From an uncultured Acidobacteriota bacterium (GTDB taxonomy: Bacteria > Acidobacteriota > Thermoanaerobaculia > Multivoradales > SZUA-115), in NCBI GenBank assembly GCA_963805975.1, contig CAWDVR010000001.1, forward strand, positions 96,001 through 160,000: a DNA stretch of 64,000 nt. The letters are read 5' to 3'. This document shows positions 50,025 through 58,888 of the stretch, in pieces; within the stretch, counting starts at the first letter, position 1, and each line of letters starts with the position of its first letter. The position numbers and the translations under genes are program-made. The notes under the pieces were generated by a model. The model was not told where the DNA came from. It did no database searches and worked only from the letters and a program-made list of their open reading frames with translations.

Positions 50025-51673
50025 AATCTACCGCGCCAGGTCAGCCGCACGCTCCTCGCGGGCAGCCGGTAGTACTGCGCGTCGCCGAACTCGCTCTCCG
50101 CCACCGGCGGTCGCTCGTCGGAGAGGTTCAGCCCCTCGATCCGCAGCTCACCCACGGCGAAGCGGTAGCCGATCCCGGCCGACCACGTGGTGTAGGAGGG
50201 AGAGAGGGCCGTGTTGCGCTCGGGGCCGAAGTCGATGGCCGAGGGTTTGAAGGTGTCGCGGTAGTCCGCGAACACCCAGAGCCCGGAGTCTTCCTGGCTC
50301 CACAGCAGGTAGCTCGCGCCCAGGACACCGCTTCCCTGGGTGGTGGTCCGCGAGGCCTCGCCTCCCTCTTCCTCCTCGTCGCCGGGCTCCTCGCCCACCG
50401 GCTCGGCCTCGGCCTCGCGCTTCTCCTCGGCGCGGTTGGCACGCAGGCCGACCTCGACCTTGAAGCGAGGGGTCGGGTCCCACTCGAGCTGTGCGAAAAG
50501 GCCGCTGAAGTTGCGCTCGTCCTCGGTGCCGGTCTCCTCGAGCCGTCCGAGGCCGGAGCTCGTGGGCGCACCATGGCCGTCGAGCGGCACGAAGTAGTCG
50601 AAGATCTCGCTCTCGACCTCGCCCTTGCCGGCCAGGTGGTCGAAGCCCGTCACGAGCTGCAACTCCTCGGTGAGCTTCTTCGACCAGTGGCTCTCGAAGT
50701 AGACATCGTCGACCGACAGCTCCTGCTCGAAGCCGCGCGCGTTGGGCGCCGCGTTGGAGGTGGCGGTCAGGAAGCCGCGGATCACATCGCGCTCGGTGTG
50801 GGTGTAGGCGAGGGTGGTCGACCACGCGCCGCCGCCCAGCTCGCGGTCGTAGCCGCCCACCAGGTGATAGCGGTCCTCGTCGATCTTGGCGTCGCTGGGG
50901 TTGTGGTTGGAGTCGAGCGGTACCAGGGCCGAGAGCCCCGGGCCCTGGCGCGGATGGGGGCTCGCCGGGCTTTGGACCAGGACGGTGGCGGCGAGGTCGA
51001 AGTGGAGCCTGCCGCCGCCGGCGTCGGCCTCACCGCGATAGAGGAGCTGGGCGCGGTCGAAGTCGGTGCGGTCGTCCTTGAAGCCCTGTTTCTGATAGCC
51101 GGCCTGGATCGACTGCCGGTAGTTGCCGGCCGACGGCAGCGGGGTGGCAACCGAGACGCCGCCGCTCGAGTGCGAGCCGCCGGAGACTGAATAGGTGCCC
51201 TCACCCGCACCCGCCTCGCGATGGAGGACGTGGATCACGCCCACGAACGAGGTGGCTCCGTACATCACCGGCGCCGGGCCGCGCAGCACCTCGATGCGCT
51301 CGACGCCGTTGAGGTCGAGGCTGGTCAAGGCCGGGTTGAAAGCGCCGCCCCAGGGCACGCCGTCCACCACCAGCAGGAAGGCATCGAACTCTTTGAGGCC
51401 CCACAGCTCGGGCACCGAGCCGGCGGGGCCACCGTCGCCGCCCGGCACGGCGGAGACGCCGGCGACGAGAGTCAGGGCCTCGGTCAGATCGGTGATACCA
51501 CGCGCGGCGAGCTCCTCGCCCGAGATGACGGTGATCGAGGAGGGTTGAGGCTCGACGTCCTCCGGCAGGCGGGTGGCCGTGACCTGGATCGTCTCCGAGG
51601 CCGTGATCGTGGAGTCGTCGTCGGCGAGCGCGGGGCTGCACGAGATCCGGAATCGGCGGAGCGGCGCCGTCAC
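50021..51673 (-). pseudogene. TonB-dependent receptor, apparently internally deleted and lacking a complete signal peptide
   Basis: TonB box ETIQVTATR, plug motif ERIEVLRGPAPVMYG, C-terminal Phe. About 550 aa, with an abrupt junction DFGPE/RNTAL and no hydrophobic signal core. Confidence 0.6.
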
Positions 51674-51710
51674 CGCCTGTGGAGCGGCGGCGTGGCGCCC
51701 TGCCCGGACC

Positions 51711-52109
51711 TCATTCGTTCCGTCGATGCGTTTGAAGGAGGATGCCGATCTGGGCCGTGTGGCCGGCCGCGAGCCTCGCCGCGAGAGGGCCTGCCGGGGA
51801 ATTCGGCGCGATGGAGGCGTCGGCGGGCCTGGCGGCCACTTCGTGCGAAGGCGGGTCCTCGGTCGCGGCCAGCTCCTCGCCCGCGGAGAAGGCGAACACG
51901 GGGTGCTCCCTGCACCAGCTCGCCTCGGCGGTCCGCGCCTTGGCGCGCCCCTCGCCCGCGGCCTGCGAGCCGGCATTGACCGTCGGTGCCGCGAGGCACG
52001 GCGAGGCGCTCGCCATGAGACCGGCTACTAGAAGGACCTGCCACCACGGGGTCATGAGGCGAGAGGATAACTTCGAAGGGAGAAAGGCGGCAAGCTGAGG
52101 TTTGGGCAT
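51711..52109 (-). CDS. Small exported or leader-like ORF upstream of the TonB receptor
   Basis: Signal-like segment WWQVLLVAGLMASASPCLA, low-complexity linker, end LLQTHRRNE*. Start is 52109 or 52055. Confidence 0.45.
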   Translation of the reverse strand: MPKPQLAAFLPSKLSSRLMTPWWQVLLVAGLMASASPCLAAPTVNAGSQAAGEGRAKARTAEASWCREHPVFAFSAGEELAATEDPPSHEVAARPADASIAPNSPAGPLAARLAAGHTAQIGILLQTHRRNE

Positions 52110-52181
52110 TGACGGGCGGACACGGCAAGGCTAATGGAGTCGCTGTTTACGATAATCGGGCTGGAAATTAGCCTAACGATC

Positions 52182-52209
52182 TTGACATTTGCTGTTGGGA
52201 TGGTATTTT
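52182..52209 (+). promoter_or_regulatory. sigma70 promoter of glnA
   Basis: TTGACA-16 nt-TATTTT with extended TG, in an AT-rich intergenic region. Confidence 0.6.
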
Positions 52210-52264
52210 CCGTTCGCCAGGCACTATTCGCAAACCTTCCTGCCGCGACCCTGCAAGGAGTCTC

Positions 52265-53704
52265 ATGACCGCCCCCCCCCTGCGTGATTTTCTCGAGATC
52301 CCGTACGACAAGCTCGAAGAGATGAACCTCAAGGCCAAGGAGGAGCGGCTCAACCGCCGGGACCCCGGCCAGGTGCGCGAGGCGCGCTTGAAGTACCTCG
52401 GCGACGAGAAGCGGATCAAGGCGGTGACCGTCTGCTTCACCGATCTCGAAGGCCGCTTCCACATGCTGGACTACGACAAGAAGTTCCTCTTGAAGTCGGC
52501 CGACAACCTGACCTTCGACGGCAGCTCGATCCGCGGCTTCTCGCAGCAGGCGGAGTCCGACCTGCGGCTGGCGATCGACTGGCCGGCGTTCTACTGGCTG
52601 CCCGCCGACATGTTCGGCCCGGGCAAGGTTCTGGTCTTCGGCGAGGTGCAGGAGCGCGACGGCAGCCCCTACCGCGCGGACATGCGCGCGGTGCTCAAGG
52701 CCTACTGCGAGAAGCTGTGGAAGAAGGACCAGACGGTGGCGTTCGTCTCCAACGAGATCGAGGGCTTTTTGTTCAAGGGCCGCGACGCCGAGCGCCGCTA
52801 CCGCGAGGCGCGGGCCTTCGACTTCATCTCGACCGGCGGTTACTACCACTCGCTGCCCGGCGACGCCCTGCGGCAGTTCATCGACTCGGCGGCCGAGGTG
52901 CAGCGCGCCATGGGCTTCGCCAACGAGAAGGACCACCCGGAGGTGGCGCCGTCGCAGTTCGAGATGAACTACAGCTACACCGAGGCCTCGATCGCCGCCG
53001 ACCAGGTGCAGCTCTACAAGCTGCTGTCGCGCCAGGTGGCGGCGCGCATGGAGATGACGGCCTGCTTCCTGCCCAAGCCGGTGACCGGCGTCAACGGCAA
53101 CGGCATGCACACCAACATGTCCCTGGCGAGGAAAGGCAAGAACCTCTTCTACGACAAGAAGGGGCAGGACGGTCTGTCGGCCGCGGGCTGGAACTACATC
53201 CAGCGCCTTCTCGCCAACGGCAACGACCTCTGCCTGCTGTTGAACTCGAGCGTCAACGCCTACCGCCGGCTGGACCCGCACTTCGAGGCCCCGAACCAGA
53301 TCAAGGCCTCGGCCATCGACCGCGGCTCCATGGTGCGCATCCCGCTCGGCAACGAGCGGTCGGCACGCATCGAGGTGCGCTCGATCGCCCCGGACGCCAA
53401 TCCCTACCTCGCCATCTACGCCCTGCTGCGCACCGGCGTCGAAGGGCCGCTCGCCGAAGAGGACAACCACGACAAGCGGCAGCGCACCCGCTTCCTGCCG
53501 GACAACATCTACGACGCCATCCGCCTCTTCAAGCAGAGCCGCTGGGCCCTCGAGCTGATGGGCGAAGAGGTGCACGGCAAGCTGGCGGACCTCAAGCTCG
53601 CTTCGGCGGAGCGCTGCCCCAAGGCCCTCGGCGCGCGAGTGAAGAGCGCCGAGATCCAGTTCCACCACGAGGTGACGAACCAGTACCTGTGGTCGCAGTT
53701 CTGA
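52265..53704 (+). CDS. glnA: Glutamine synthetase (type I-like)
   Basis: FDGSSI, HPEVAPSQFE, PKP..GVNGNGMHTN, YRRL...EAP, RIEVR..PDANPYL. AAGGAG RBS. Confidence 0.9.
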   Translation: MTAPPLRDFLEIPYDKLEEMNLKAKEERLNRRDPGQVREARLKYLGDEKRIKAVTVCFTDLEGRFHMLDYDKKFLLKSADNLTFDGSSIRGFSQQAESDLRLAIDWPAFYWLPADMFGPGKVLVFGEVQERDGSPYRADMRAVLKAYCEKLWKKDQTVAFVSNEIEGFLFKGRDAERRYREARAFDFISTGGYYHSLPGDALRQFIDSAAEVQRAMGFANEKDHPEVAPSQFEMNYSYTEASIAADQVQLYKLLSRQVAARMEMTACFLPKPVTGVNGNGMHTNMSLARKGKNLFYDKKGQDGLSAAGWNYIQRLLANGNDLCLLLNSSVNAYRRLDPHFEAPNQIKASAIDRGSMVRIPLGNERSARIEVRSIAPDANPYLAIYALLRTGVEGPLAEEDNHDKRQRTRFLPDNIYDAIRLFKQSRWALELMGEEVHGKLADLKLASAERCPKALGARVKSAEIQFHHEVTNQYLWSQF

Positions 53705-53822
53705 GCGCTGAAGCCCCCGGCCCGGATCCTTCGCTGCGCTCAGGATGACAGGCGGAGAGGAGCTGCCCTCCCGATGTCATCCTGAGCGCAGCGAAGGATC
53801 CGGGCCGGGGGCTTCAGCGCTC
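53703..53822. repeat. REP-like inverted doublet (same family as 45524), perfect 48-bp arms
   Basis: 53703-53750 is the exact reverse complement of 53775-53822, with a 24-nt spacer. Confidence 0.93.
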
Positions 53823-54557
53823 GGCCAGGCTCCTCAGGAACGTCCGCTCCAGCTCGGCGCGATAGGCCTGGTTGGCCCACAGCACGCTGGTCAGGCGGTC
53901 GAGCAGGCCGCCGACCGCCCTCTCCTGCTCTTCGATGCGCGCCTCGCTGCCGGAGTCGGCGGCCGGCGCCGTGCCGCCGCTCTGCCGGGCCTCGCGACGC
54001 TCCGCCCGCAACAGGCTCCCGAACCGCCGCGAGGCGTCGAGCAGCAGCCGGCGGCTGCCGCGGAGCGTGCGCTGCACGAGCTGGTTCAGCGGGCGCGGGT
54101 CGATGGTGCTCGAGGTCACGAGCATCGCCTCGCGGATCTCCAGCAGGCGCCCGCCGCCGGAGAGGGTGCGTCCGTCGAGCAGGCCGTTCTCGAAGGCGGT
54201 GTGCAGCAGGTAGCCGTGGTGGAAGGTGGTGGAGAAGCGGTCGACGCAGTCTTTGACCAGCAGGAAGATGAGCAGCTTGCGGAAGATCTTCTTGACCACG
54301 TAGAGCGCGAGACGGAAGCCGAGGAGCAGTGGGTAGAGGCAGCCGCGCCGCCCCTCCTCGCCGCTCCAGGTCAGGGTCTCGACGTGCCAGCCCTGCGCCT
54401 CGAGCCCCCGCCGGCGAAAAGCGTCCGCGATCTGCCGGCGCTCCACCCAGGCCGCGGCCCAGTCGTCGACGAAGGGCAGCGGGATCAGCGGCGTCAGGCT
54501 CGCGAGCAGGCCGAAGAACGTCAGCCGCCGGAACCAGGGGGCATCAGGCGAGCCCAT
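53814..54557 (-). CDS. Hypothetical protein (LTPLIPLPFVDD motif)
   Basis: Protein-like ORF coupled to the Uma2 gene; hydrophobic segments. Confidence 0.65.
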   Translation of the reverse strand: MGSPDAPWFRRLTFFGLLASLTPLIPLPFVDDWAAAWVERRQIADAFRRRGLEAQGWHVETLTWSGEEGRRGCLYPLLLGFRLALYVVKKIFRKLLIFLLVKDCVDRFSTTFHHGYLLHTAFENGLLDGRTLSGGGRLLEIREAMLVTSSTIDPRPLNQLVQRTLRGSRRLLLDASRRFGSLLRAERREARQSGGTAPAADSGSEARIEEQERAVGGLLDRLTSVLWANQAYRAELERTFLRSLAER

Positions 54558-55128
54558 CCGGCCAGCCCACCGGCATCCGGCCGTAGACCTCGGCGAGGGC
54601 GAGCCGGCAGCCGATCCCTTCGAGATCGAGGACCGTGGTCATGTCGTCCCCTTCGGTGAGCACCCACCGCCCGTCCGCCTGCCGGGCGAAGTACTCGACG
54701 TGGACGCGGTCCTGAGCCACCAGCAGGTAGCCGAGGAGGGAAGGCAGGGTGCGGTAGTGGGCGAACTTCCGGCCGCGGTCGAAGTCCTCGGTCGAAGGCG
54801 ACAGCACCTCGGCCAGGAGGGTGGGGTTGAGCAAAGTGTCGAAGTGATCGTCCTCGAGCTCGGGCTCGCCACAGACCACCACCAAGTCGGGGTAGGTGAA
54901 GAGGTCGGTTGCCGGGACGCGGACTCGCATGTCGCTGGCGTACAGCTCGCAACCCTTGATCGGGGGGTACAAAGTCGCGCTGATCGCCGTCACGAGCAGG
55001 TTGTGCTCTCGGCTGGCCCCCGCCATGGTGAAGATCTCGCCGTTGAGGTACTCGCTCTTGGTCTCTGCCTGGCGCTCCAGAGCGAGGTACTCGGCGATGC
55101 TGTAGCGCCTCTGCGGCTCGGCGGACAT
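54544..55128 (-). CDS. Uma2-family endonuclease-like protein
   Basis: YLALER, KSEYLNG, MAGAS.EHN, YPDLVVVC, EVLSPST, DRGRKF..Y. Confidence 0.92.
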   Translation of the reverse strand: MSAEPQRRYSIAEYLALERQAETKSEYLNGEIFTMAGASREHNLLVTAISATLYPPIKGCELYASDMRVRVPATDLFTYPDLVVVCGEPELEDDHFDTLLNPTLLAEVLSPSTEDFDRGRKFAHYRTLPSLLGYLLVAQDRVHVEYFARQADGRWVLTEGDDMTTVLDLEGIGCRLALAEVYGRMPVGWPDGLA

Positions 55129-55180
55129 GGTCGGAGGATAGCACCCGGTGGCCGGGCACCCGAGGTACAGTCGCAGCCGC

Positions 55181-55696
55181 TTGAAAGTTCTCGAGACCGA
55201 GCGCCTGATCCTGCGCCGGTTGTCCACGGACGACGCGGCGTTCATCCTCGAGCTTCTGAACGATCCCGCCTGGCTGCGTTTCATCGGCGACAAGGGCGTC
55301 CGGACTCTCGAAGACGCGCGGAGCTACATCCTGAACGGGCCGGTCGAGATGTATGCCCGGCTGGGCTTCGGCCTGTTCATGACCGAGCTCAAGGACGGCG
55401 CCGTCCCGATCGGGATCTGCGGTCTGCTCAAGAGAGACTCGCTCCCGGACGTGGACATCGGCTTCGCCCTCCTGCCGCGGTTCTGGGCCCAGGGCTATGC
55501 CCGCGAGGCAGCCTCGGCGACGATGGCGTACGGGAGAGACGTCCTGGGCCTGAAGCGCATCGTCGCCATCACGACCCTGGACAACCACAGCTCGGCCCGA
55601 GTCCTCGAGAAGATCGGCATGCGCTGCGAGCGAACGGTCCGGCTCTCCAGTGACAGTGAAGAGCTGAGGTTGTTCGCGTCCGATGTCGTGCAGTGA
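55181..55696 (+). CDS. GNAT N-acetyltransferase (RimJ/RimL-like)
   Basis: LETERLILR, DIGFA, QGYAREAA, N..S.RVLEKIG. TTG start inferred. Confidence 0.9.
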   Translation: MKVLETERLILRRLSTDDAAFILELLNDPAWLRFIGDKGVRTLEDARSYILNGPVEMYARLGFGLFMTELKDGAVPIGICGLLKRDSLPDVDIGFALLPRFWAQGYAREAASATMAYGRDVLGLKRIVAITTLDNHSSARVLEKIGMRCERTVRLSSDSEELRLFASDVVQ

Positions 55697-55718
55697 GCGC
55701 GCTCGCGGGCCAGGCCGA

Positions 55719-56276
55719 TCAAACCTCGGTGCACTCGAAGGACCCGTCGAGAATGTCCACGGTCCTGGTGCCGCCTTGCTCGGCGAGGCCGCGGCACTGG
55801 AAGGTGCCGCTGAGGCGCGTTCCGTTCTGGATGAGCTGCAGCACGCAGCCGCTGCCCACGGGCTGGTTGGCGAAGGTGGAACCATCTCCCGGGTGCCAGA
55901 AGAAGTCGAAGGTCTTGGCACCGCCACAGCTCGCCAGCTGGGGGGCCTGAGGAGAAAACGCCCCACCTCCGGAGTGGTTGCACACGTCGATGTCGATGTG
56001 AGGGCCGTTCTCGCCGTTGGCGGCGGTCTGTTCGCCGAGCCGGACCCACAAGGAAGCCCAGCCGGCGTTGCGGCTACAAAACACGGTATTGCGGGAGCTG
56101 TTGTAGCCGACCCTCTGACTCTGCCCGGCACCGGAGATCTCGAAGCCGGCGACATTGGAGAGCGGGTTCGGTGAGGGTGTCGAAGGAGCCGTGGGACCGT
56201 CACCGCTGCAACCCGACACGGCCGTGAGAAGGGCGGTGGAGAGAAGTCGCCGGAGGGTGAGAGATGGCGAGCGCAT
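55719..56276 (-). CDS. Cys-rich lipoprotein, hypothetical
   Basis: Lipobox AVSG-C. AAGGAGG RBS. Several further Cys residues. Confidence 0.7.
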   Translation of the reverse strand: MRSPSLTLRRLLSTALLTAVSGCSGDGPTAPSTPSPNPLSNVAGFEISGAGQSQRVGYNSSRNTVFCSRNAGWASLWVRLGEQTAANGENGPHIDIDVCNHSGGGAFSPQAPQLASCGGAKTFDFFWHPGDGSTFANQPVGSGCVLQLIQNGTRLSGTFQCRGLAEQGGTRTVDILDGSFECTEV

Positions 56277-56350
56277 CGTGGATCCTCCTTCGCGGTCGTT
56301 TGGATCGAGCCGCTGGGCCGGATCCTAGACAGCGGCGGGATCGCGGCGGC

Positions 56351-56386
56351 AAACGTTGTGCTAAGGAAACGTTAAGAAGATTAAGG
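56351..56386. promoter_or_regulatory. AT-rich (C/T)TAAG direct repeats; putative OmpR-family binding site
   Basis: CTAAG 56361, TTAAG 56372, TTAAG 56381, between the divergent lipoprotein and the two-component genes. Confidence 0.45.
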
Positions 56387-56425
56387 CGGCGGGTCCGCGC
56401 GCACATCTCCGGCTATTCTTGCGGC

Positions 56426-58189
56426 ATGACGAATCGCAGCTTCGTCGGTGCGGCCGTCGGGCTGCTGCTGGTGCTCGCCCTGCTGCTGGCCTATCTGGCC
56501 AAGACGCAGTGGGACTGGCTCCGCAGGATCGAGGTCTACGAGCACGTCCGCCTGGAAGGATCGTTCAGTCGCAGCGCCTGGTACCTCAAGAGCGCGTTCG
56601 ATCGGGAGATCGAGAACCTTGCCGTCTGTCTCTCCGCTCGGGGGGGCCGGCGACCGGAGCTCGCCGGGCAGTTGGGCTCGGGGTTGCGAGCCTGGCAGCG
56701 ATCCAGCCGTTGGCCGGCCCTCCTCGAGGAGGTCTACCTGATCTCGGAGAGCGGGGGCGCCACTCCTTCGCTGGAGCTCTTCGACCCGCTCGCGAGCCAG
56801 CTCCGGCAGGTGAGCTGGTCCCCGGCACTCGAAGCCCTGCGGCTTGGGCGGGGAGAGAGTGTCGATACCAAGAGCACGGCAGCGTTCACCATCGTGACGG
56901 GAGTGCCGGCCATCCTGGTCGAGACGCGGCTGGTGGCCACCGAGGATACCGGCGCGCTCGAGCCCGCCTGGCTGGCCCTTCGCCTCGACGAGGAGTACCT
57001 GCGACGAGAGCTCCTTCCCGAGCTGACCGCGCTGTTCTTTTCGCCCCCCAACTTCGACGGCGTGGACATCGTGGTGGTCGAGAGCCGGGGCCGCGACCTG
57101 CTGTACTCGAACCTGCCGATCGATTCCTTCGACGATTTTGGCCGTAGCGACGTCGCCATCGGCCTGGTCGACGCCGGGACCGACGGCGAGGAGCTTCCAC
57201 GAATCGGGATGCGGCCACTCAAGGGGCAGGAGGCCTATCCGAATTCGATCCGACCACCGACCGCGGCGGACCACGACTGGTTCCGTGGTCTGTGGGCGCA
57301 CAACGGCTACTCGGGATACTGGCAGCTCTACATCCGGCGGGGCGCCGTCTCGGTCGCCGACGCGGTGGCCGCGGCGCGCTGGCGCACCCTGCGAATCTCG
57401 TTCGGCGCGCTGGCTCTGATCTGTGTCGCCGCGGTGCTGATCTTCGTGCTGGCGCGGCGCGCCCAGCGGCTGGCCCGCGAGCAGATGGAGTTCGTGGCCA
57501 GCGTGACACACGAGCTGCGGTCGCCGCTCGCGATCCTCTCCGCCGCCGGGGAGAACCTGGAGGACGCGCTCCTCGAAGACAAGGCGAAGCTCCGGGAGTA
57601 CGGTCGCCTCATCCAGGACGAGGCCCTGCGCCTGCGGGAGATGGTCGAGAACGTGCTGCATCTGGCGCGCCGGCGCGCGGGGGCTCCGGCGCTCGTCAAG
57701 CAGCCCGTCGACCTCACCGAGCTGGTCAAGGACACGGTCCGGCGGGCGCGCCGGCAGACGGAGCAGGCCGGGTTCGAGGTCGAGCTGGATCTCCCGCCGG
57801 GTGCGCTCCAGGTGCTGGGCAATGGCCGCGCCTTGCAGTCGGCGGTGCTGAACCTCCTCTCCAACGCGCTCAAGTACGGTCAGCCGGGGCGCTGGCTGCG
57901 GGTCGCCGTGAGCACCGGCGAGAGCCCGAGGGAGGTACGGGTTTCGGTCGAGGATCGCGGACCCGGCATCGAGAAGGGGGACAGGAGCAGGCTCTTCGAT
58001 CCCTTCTACCGGGGAAAGCGCGTCCGGACCGACCAGCTCGAGGGCAGCGGCCTGGGGCTGGCCGTCGTGCGCCAGGTGGTGGAGGCCCACGGCGGCCGCA
58101 TCTCGGTCGAGAGCTCGCCGGGCCTGGGGAGCAGCTTTACGCTTCACCTGCCGGCCCTGGAGACCCTACTGGGCCTGGAGACGGAGTGA
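56426..58189 (+). CDS. Sensor histidine kinase
   Basis: Two TM segments; H-box THELRSPL, N-box NLLSNALKY, G1 DRGPGI, G2 GSGLGL. Confidence 0.95.
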   Translation: MTNRSFVGAAVGLLLVLALLLAYLAKTQWDWLRRIEVYEHVRLEGSFSRSAWYLKSAFDREIENLAVCLSARGGRRPELAGQLGSGLRAWQRSSRWPALLEEVYLISESGGATPSLELFDPLASQLRQVSWSPALEALRLGRGESVDTKSTAAFTIVTGVPAILVETRLVATEDTGALEPAWLALRLDEEYLRRELLPELTALFFSPPNFDGVDIVVVESRGRDLLYSNLPIDSFDDFGRSDVAIGLVDAGTDGEELPRIGMRPLKGQEAYPNSIRPPTAADHDWFRGLWAHNGYSGYWQLYIRRGAVSVADAVAAARWRTLRISFGALALICVAAVLIFVLARRAQRLAREQMEFVASVTHELRSPLAILSAAGENLEDALLEDKAKLREYGRLIQDEALRLREMVENVLHLARRRAGAPALVKQPVDLTELVKDTVRRARRQTEQAGFEVELDLPPGALQVLGNGRALQSAVLNLLSNALKYGQPGRWLRVAVSTGESPREVRVSVEDRGPGIEKGDRSRLFDPFYRGKRVRTDQLEGSGLGLAVVRQVVEAHGGRISVESSPGLGSSFTLHLPALETLLGLETE

Positions 58190-58881
58190 GACGACGCATC
58201 CTGCTCGTCGAGGACGAGCACAACATGGTCCTGCTGCTGACGGATCGACTCGTGGCCTCCGGCTACGACGTGACCGCGGCCACCACCGGACCCCAGGGGG
58301 TGGAGATGGCCCTCGGCCGGCCGTTCGACCTGCTGCTGCTCGACATCCTCCTGCCGGGCCAGGACGGCCTCTCCGTCTGTCGCGAGCTCCGCCGCCGAGG
58401 AGTCACCACTCCGATCCTCATGCTGACCGCCCTGGGCGACCTGGTCGACAAGGTGGTGGGCCTCCGAACCGGTGCCGACGACTATCTGACCAAGCCCTTC
58501 GCGGCCGCCGAGCTGCTGGCGCGGATCGAGGCCCTGCTGCGGCGCGCCAGCCCGACCGGGCCCGGCCTGGTGGGGATCTCGGATCCCTACCGCTTCGGCG
58601 ACATCGAGGTCCGCTTTCGCGAGGTCGAGGTGCTGCGGGAGGGCGAGCCCGTCCATCTCTCGGCGCGCATGTTCGAGCTCCTCCGGTTCTTCATCCAGCG
58701 TCGCGGCGAGACCCTGAGCCGCAACGAGCTGCTGGACGCCGTCTGGGGCCGGGACTCCATGCCCAGCGAGCGGACGGTCGACGTGCACGTGGCGTGGTTG
58801 CGCCAGCGTCTGGAGGTCCGGCCCTCGCGGCCGCAGTACCTGCGGACGGTACGAGGCTTCGGCTACAAGTTCGTCGGTTGA
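58186..58881 (+). CDS. OmpR/PhoB-family response regulator
   Basis: ILLVEDE, LLDILLP, GADDYLTKPF, RTVDVHV, TVRGFGYKF. Confidence 0.96.
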   Translation: MRRRILLVEDEHNMVLLLTDRLVASGYDVTAATTGPQGVEMALGRPFDLLLLDILLPGQDGLSVCRELRRRGVTTPILMLTALGDLVDKVVGLRTGADDYLTKPFAAAELLARIEALLRRASPTGPGLVGISDPYRFGDIEVRFREVEVLREGEPVHLSARMFELLRFFIQRRGETLSRNELLDAVWGRDSMPSERTVDVHVAWLRQRLEVRPSRPQYLRTVRGFGYKFVG

Positions 58882-58888
58882 GGGAAGG

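Noticed and set aside
44667-53822. Palindromic repeats as a CRISPR array
   Set aside because: They occur as isolated inverted pairs, not direct repeats with spacers, and no cas genes are present.
54544-55696. Uma2 plus GNAT as a toxin-antitoxin or defence pair
   Set aside because: The genes are divergent, the GNAT is RimJ-like, and there is no antitoxin-like partner.
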